Positions 59,367 through 64,000 of a DNA stretch of 64,000 nucleotides are shown here, one piece after another. Position 1 is the first letter of the stretch. Each line of letters starts with the position of its first letter. The stretch spans positions 672,001-736,000 of the forward strand of contig OY729416.1 in the NCBI GenBank assembly GCA_963422265.1. The letters run 5' to 3'. The translations under genes were made by a program, and so were the position numbers. This stretch comes from Thermodesulfobacteriota bacterium. Its GTDB lineage: Bacteria; Desulfobacterota_D; UBA1144; Nemesobacterales; UBA2774. The notes under the pieces are model-generated. The model ran no database searches, was not told the origin of the DNA, and saw only the letters and a program-made list of their open reading frames with translations.

Positions 59367-60791
59367 ATGTCAGCTAAGACGTTATTCGATAAAATTTGGG
59401 AAGCGCATATAGTGCACGAGGAACCGGGGCAGCCTACCCTTTTATATATAGACCTACATCTGGTGCACGAGGTTACCTCCCCGCAGGCATTTGAAGGGCT
59501 TCGCCTTTCAGGCATAGGGGTTAGAAGACCCGATCTTACGTTTGCGACAATGGATCACAACGTTCCTACTAGCGACAGATCAAAACCTATAAATGATCCC
59601 ATATCAGCCCAGCAAATTGAGACGCTTAGGGAAAACTGCGAGGAGTTTGGGATCACGCTGTTCGGTCTTACTATAAACAGCGATATGCAGGGTATAGTCC
59701 ACGTAATAGGTCCTGAGCTTGGCCTTACAAAACCGGGTATGACCATTGTCTGTGGAGACAGCCACACGTCAACCCACGGGGCTTTTGGCTCTCTTGCCTT
59801 TGGTATAGGAACAAGCGAGGTAGAACACGTGCTCGCCACCCAATGTTTAAGGCAAACTCGCCCCAAGCAATTTGAAATTAGGGTAGAAGGTGAAAGGGGA
59901 TTAGGCATAACAGCAAAAGACGTCATTCTAAAAATTATAGGTCTTATCGGAACGGCGGGGGCTACCGGAACCGTAGTTGAATATAGAGGTTGCACAATAG
60001 AGACGCTTACGATGGAAGAAAGAATGACGGTGTGCAATATGTCGATTGAAGCTGGGGCAAGGGCTGGCATGATAGCACCTGATGAGAAGACGTTTGAATA
60101 CGTAGAGAACAGAGCTTACGCGCCTAAAGGCGAGAGTTTTGAGAAAGCGTCAAAAGACTGGCGCTTTCTCAAAACGGATGAAGGGGCTTATTTTGATAAG
60201 TCTATAACAATTGACGCAGCTACTATTGCTCCCCAGGTTAGCTGGGGAACGAACCCAGGAATGGTAACGGACGTTACAGGAAAAGTATCCGACCCTGACG
60301 AAATCCAAGATGAGAACGGTAGTAAGGCAGTGAGAAATGCCCTTGATTATATGGGACTCGGCGCCGGAACCCCCATCCAAGACATTAAACTTGATAGAGT
60401 TTTCATAGGTTCTTGCACTAATTCCCGCATAGAGGATTTAACAAGAGCGGCAAGAATAGTCAAGGGAAAAAGGGTTGCGTCCAACGTGAGGGCTATGGTA
60501 GTTCCCGGATCTCAGATGGTTAAATCGAAGGCGGAGAATCTAGGGCTGGATAAAATCTTTAGGGAAGCAGGATTTGAGTGGAGAGAGTCCGGATGCAGTA
60601 TGTGCCTTGGAATGAATCCGGATATTTTGCAGCCCGGGGAAAGATGCGCTAGCACTTCTAACAGAAACTTCGAAGGTCGTCAGGGAAAGGACGGAAGAAC
60701 CCACCTGGTAAGCCCAGAAATGGCAGCAGCAGCAGCCATTAAGGGACATTTTGTGGACGTAAGGGATTGGGATCTAGAAAAAGAAATATGA
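59367..60791 (+). CDS. leuC: 3-isopropylmalate dehydratase large subunit
   Basis: [49 protein letters not shown]. Confidence 0.97.
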   Translation: MSAKTLFDKIWEAHIVHEEPGQPTLLYIDLHLVHEVTSPQAFEGLRLSGIGVRRPDLTFATMDHNVPTSDRSKPINDPISAQQIETLRENCEEFGITLFGLTINSDMQGIVHVIGPELGLTKPGMTIVCGDSHTSTHGAFGSLAFGIGTSEVEHVLATQCLRQTRPKQFEIRVEGERGLGITAKDVILKIIGLIGTAGATGTVVEYRGCTIETLTMEERMTVCNMSIEAGARAGMIAPDEKTFEYVENRAYAPKGESFEKASKDWRFLKTDEGAYFDKSITIDAATIAPQVSWGTNPGMVTDVTGKVSDPDEIQDENGSKAVRNALDYMGLGAGTPIQDIKLDRVFIGSCTNSRIEDLTRAARIVKGKRVASNVRAMVVPGSQMVKSKAENLGLDKIFREAGFEWRESGCSMCLGMNPDILQPGERCASTSNRNFEGRQGKDGRTHLVSPEMAAAAAIKGHFVDVRDWDLEKEI

Positions 60792-60806
60792 TAATGAGGC
60801 AGTAGA

Positions 60807-61427
60807 ATGGAACCACTTGAGAGAATTTCAGGAATCGTAGCCCCGCTTGACCGTATGAACGTGGATACGGATCAGATTATCCCTAAGCAGTTTCTAAAAA
60901 GAATAGAAAGAACTGGCTTTGGGGAGTTTCTATTCTTTGATTGGCGCTATAAAGAAGACGGCGCCCTTAACCCGAGTTTTGAGCTTAACCATGATCGCTA
61001 TCAGAACGCCAAGGTGCTTCTGACAGGCCACAATTTTGGAAGTGGAAGTTCAAGAGAACACGCCCCCTGGTCCCTGAAGGAATACGGCTTTAGGGTGATA
61101 ATCGCCCCATCTTTCGCAGACATCTTTTACAACAATTGCTTCAAAAACTCTATATTGCCAATTACCCTGCCTGAGGAAACGATTAGAGAGCTTTTTAACA
61201 AGATAGCTTCTAAAAAGGGCTATAAGCTAACTATTGACCTTAGGTCGCAGACGATTGAAGATCGGGACGGTTGGACTATCACCTTTGAAGTCGATTCTTT
61301 TAAGAAGAAAAGCCTTCTTGAGGGTCTTGATGACATATTCCACACGCTTCAACGCGAAGACAAAATAACTGCTTATGAACACAAGATACCTATAACTAGG
61401 GAATGGAGCATCCCTTGTAGAAGATAA
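60807..61427 (+). CDS. leuD: 3-isopropylmalate dehydratase small subunit
   Basis: [35 protein letters not shown]. Confidence 0.97.
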   Translation: MEPLERISGIVAPLDRMNVDTDQIIPKQFLKRIERTGFGEFLFFDWRYKEDGALNPSFELNHDRYQNAKVLLTGHNFGSGSSREHAPWSLKEYGFRVIIAPSFADIFYNNCFKNSILPITLPEETIRELFNKIASKKGYKLTIDLRSQTIEDRDGWTITFEVDSFKKKSLLEGLDDIFHTLQREDKITAYEHKIPITREWSIPCRR

Positions 61428-62936
61428 ATGAGCGCTAGCTTAAGTCAAAACACTTACCAAAAACAAGTTCAGCAACCGCGCCTTATTCTAACTCAGGAGC
61501 TTCAGCTCTTCCTCAGACTAATACAAATGACCACGATGGAGTTAAGGGAGTATTTAGAGGAACAACTAATTGAGAACCCAGTGCTAGAGGAAATAGAAGA
61601 GCAGGCTGATAAAGACGACGGGAACGTCAAAGAAGAATTTGATCTTGGTGATCTGGCTGAAAGCCGCGTGCTTAAAGACGGCAATGGCGATTTACCTCAT
61701 TATTCACCCATGGAGTCCTTTGACAACGGTGAAGAAGAAACACCGTGGGAAAATAGAATAAGCAATGCTGAATCTCTTATAGACCACCTAGAATGGCAAG
61801 TTAAAGTTTCAGATTTTTCACTAGAAGAGAAACAGATAGCCACTATTATCATAGGAAACACCAATGACGACGGTTATCTGGAGCTAAGTGCTCAAGAAAT
61901 AGCATCAACTTTTTTAAGAGAGGGGAATGGCAAATCACCTAAGCGTGTAGTAGCGCACGACAAAAAACTCCTAGAGAAAATCAATAGCGTGCTTAAGCGA
62001 ATACAGTCTTCCTTTAATCCAACTGGCGTATGCGCTAGAGATTTGAAGGAAAGCCTTGAGATTCAAGTCCTCGAATTAGGTTATTCAAAGGACGATTTGA
62101 TATTTAAGCTCATTGACAACCACCTAGAAGTTCTTGATAAAAAAGACGTATTCCAAATTGCAGAAGAGTTCCGCGCGACGGCTGAAGAAGTTCAAAACGC
62201 GCTTTTGACTATTTCTACCTTGGAGCCAAAGCCCGGAAGGCCCTTTTATAAAAAAGATTCGGAAAGCCACATAGTCCCCGACTTCTACGTTCATAAGGTA
62301 GGAGAGGACCTCCAAATCCAGCTTAACCGTGACTTTCCGAAGGTCAGGATAAGTAATTACTACAGAAACCTTGTAAAAAACCAACAAAACCTGCCTCCTG
62401 ATACGAAACAGTTTGTTAAGGAAAAGCTCGAAGCTGCACAGAGAATTATGAAGTGCCTTGATGAGCGCGAGGTTACTGTAAGAAAAATCATTACTAAAAT
62501 AGCTGAAACTCAAAGAGACTTTTTTGAGAACGGCAAAGATCATATAAAACCGCTCATACTCAAGGACGTCGCTCGGTCAGTAGGGGTGCATGAATCTACC
62601 GTCAGTCGAATAACCAGCCGAAGATACATACAAACGCCTCAAGGCACAATAAAGCTCAAATCTCTCTTCTCAAGAAAAATAGAGACAGCGCAAGGTAGAG
62701 AAGTCTCTTTTGAAAAAGTAAAATCTTTAATACGTAATATTATATCAAACGAGCTGCAGCACAGCCCGTATTCAGACGAGGATATTTCAAAAATGCTTAG
62801 AAGAAGGGACGTCAAGGTTGCTAGGCGCACAGTTGCGAAATATAGAAAGGTGCTTAGAATACCAGCCTCTTCGGTGAGAGCAAATAAAAACGGGAAGGCA
62901 CAGAATGAAAACAACGGTAACGACAAGACATATTAG
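61428..62936 (+). CDS. rpoN: RNA polymerase sigma-54 factor
   Basis: Gln/Leu-rich region I, ENPVLE, HESTVSR, RpoN box VARRTVAKYR. Confidence 0.96.
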   Translation: MSASLSQNTYQKQVQQPRLILTQELQLFLRLIQMTTMELREYLEEQLIENPVLEEIEEQADKDDGNVKEEFDLGDLAESRVLKDGNGDLPHYSPMESFDNGEEETPWENRISNAESLIDHLEWQVKVSDFSLEEKQIATIIIGNTNDDGYLELSAQEIASTFLREGNGKSPKRVVAHDKKLLEKINSVLKRIQSSFNPTGVCARDLKESLEIQVLELGYSKDDLIFKLIDNHLEVLDKKDVFQIAEEFRATAEEVQNALLTISTLEPKPGRPFYKKDSESHIVPDFYVHKVGEDLQIQLNRDFPKVRISNYYRNLVKNQQNLPPDTKQFVKEKLEAAQRIMKCLDEREVTVRKIITKIAETQRDFFENGKDHIKPLILKDVARSVGVHESTVSRITSRRYIQTPQGTIKLKSLFSRKIETAQGREVSFEKVKSLIRNIISNELQHSPYSDEDISKMLRRRDVKVARRTVAKYRKVLRIPASSVRANKNGKAQNENNGNDKTY

Positions 62937-63456
62937 CGAGAATCAAAATTCAGAAGAGCTCAAAACCTACGCTCTGAAAAAAGCAAAGAGAATAGAAAAA
63001 TATTTGAAATCTGAGAGAGAGCCTTCAGAGCTGCGATTCGTGCTATCGTCGGAGAAATTCAGAGATGCTGCGGAAATTACGGTCAACAGTGCAAACGTTA
63101 AAGCTGCAAGCTCAGTCGAAATGGACGACATGCACGCAGCAATAGATGGCGCGGTTGATAGCATAGTCAGACAGATAAAAAAGCAAACCGACAAGAAAAT
63201 AAAAAGCAAAAGGAGGGTTAGCGCTAGACCAAAAGAAGATACTGACGAGATTGTGAACGAAACCGATTCACCCTCAATCCAACTCGCAGACGTCAAAGTT
63301 CACAAGCTTCCCTCAAAGCCTATGTCAATAGAAGAAGCGTCTTTACAATTAAGAGTATCAGACGCTAATTTCATAGCCTTTAAAAATAGCGAAAATGATA
63401 AAATGAACGTTCTATACCTGAACCGTAGAGGTCAGGCAATACTGATTGAACCATAG
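62905..63456 (+). CDS. hpf: Long ribosome hibernation promoting factor
   Basis: DMHAAIDGAVD...RQI.K and C-terminal KPMSIEEA.LQL..; position after rpoN. Confidence 0.88.
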   Translation: MKTTVTTRHISENQNSEELKTYALKKAKRIEKYLKSEREPSELRFVLSSEKFRDAAEITVNSANVKAASSVEMDDMHAAIDGAVDSIVRQIKKQTDKKIKSKRRVSARPKEDTDEIVNETDSPSIQLADVKVHKLPSKPMSIEEASLQLRVSDANFIAFKNSENDKMNVLYLNRRGQAILIEP

Positions 63457-63471
63457 CTATAACAAAGCAAT

Positions 63472-63933
63472 ATGAGAATATCCGACGTTCTAGAACAAAA
63501 AGCGATAATACCTAATTTACTCTCAAGAACCAAGCCTGACGTAATAAAAGAACTTGCGGAACATCTATCCTCCGTTCACCAGAACGTTAATACAGAGCGA
63601 TTGATAGAGCTTGTAACAGAGCGCGAAGCGCTCTGCAGCACCGCAATTGATTCAGGAGTAGCTATTCCTCATGCTAAGCTCAACGGAATACATAATATAA
63701 TCGCATGGTGCGGAAGGACCAGAGAAGGGGTTGACTTTGGTTCCCTTGACAATGGGGCTACGCACTTTTTCTTCCTAATAGTTGCTCCTGAGAACTCTAC
63801 GGCGCTTCACATTCAACTGCTAGTAAGGGTTTCAAAGGCGTTCCGAAGTGCAGAACTCCGCTCAAAACTAATGAAATCAGATTCTGCGGACGAAATACTC
63901 GAGGCTATAATATCAGAAGACGAAAAATACTAA
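63472..63933 (+). CDS. ptsN: PTS EIIA (Ntr-type)
   Basis: REALCSTAIDSGVAIPHA, GVDFGSLD; rpoN operon context. Confidence 0.9.
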   Translation: MRISDVLEQKAIIPNLLSRTKPDVIKELAEHLSSVHQNVNTERLIELVTEREALCSTAIDSGVAIPHAKLNGIHNIIAWCGRTREGVDFGSLDNGATHFFFLIVAPENSTALHIQLLVRVSKAFRSAELRSKLMKSDSADEILEAIISEDEKY

Positions 63934-64000
63934 ATGAAAGATGTGGTTGTCATCAGTGGACTCTCAGGATCTGGCAAAAGCACGGCGGTAAACGTGTTAG
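63934..64000 (+). CDS. rapZ: RNase adapter RapZ/YvcJ, 5' fragment running off the window
   Basis: MKDVVVISGLSGSGKSTAVNVL directly after ptsN. Confidence 0.85.
   Translation, partial: MKDVVVISGLSGSGKSTAVNVL

Overview
This is a gene-dense bacterial chromosome segment made up mostly of housekeeping genes, with no prophage, integrase, transposase or CRISPR array visible. Its gene style is that of a diderm, delta-proteobacteria-like organism; my unverified impression is Ca. Dadabacteria or a similar lineage. DNA and information-processing genes include recN, priA, a single-chain UvrD/PD-(D/E)XK helicase-nuclease, tRNA-Arg(CCT) abutting trhO, topA, mutL, efp, dprA and rpoN-hpf-ptsN-rapZ. Metabolic and transport genes include proA, glnE, a DtxR-regulated Tro/Mnt metal ABC operon with a clear operator, split pnt transhydrogenase, ugd, ispG, sseA-sufE, hemW, a permease-less TolC/MFP/ABC set, an FG-GAP lipoprotein and eno-leuC-leuD. 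The main observations are: (1) a 1416-aa three-part glyoxylate-cycle fusion (malate synthase, ICL2-type isocitrate lyase and ICL2 C-terminal acyl-CoA-binding domain) next to pnt, with a 14-nt upstream motif shared between them; (2) short palindromic repeats piled up in intergenic mosaics that also appear to sit in frame as 24-27 nt inserts inside priA; (3) an EF-P with Gln at position 34; (4) two candidate structured RNAs; (5) a near-perfect 168-bp zinc-ribbon duplication in topA; (6) a tandemly repeated RBS+ATG cassette. All calls come from reading motifs by eye; no database search was run.
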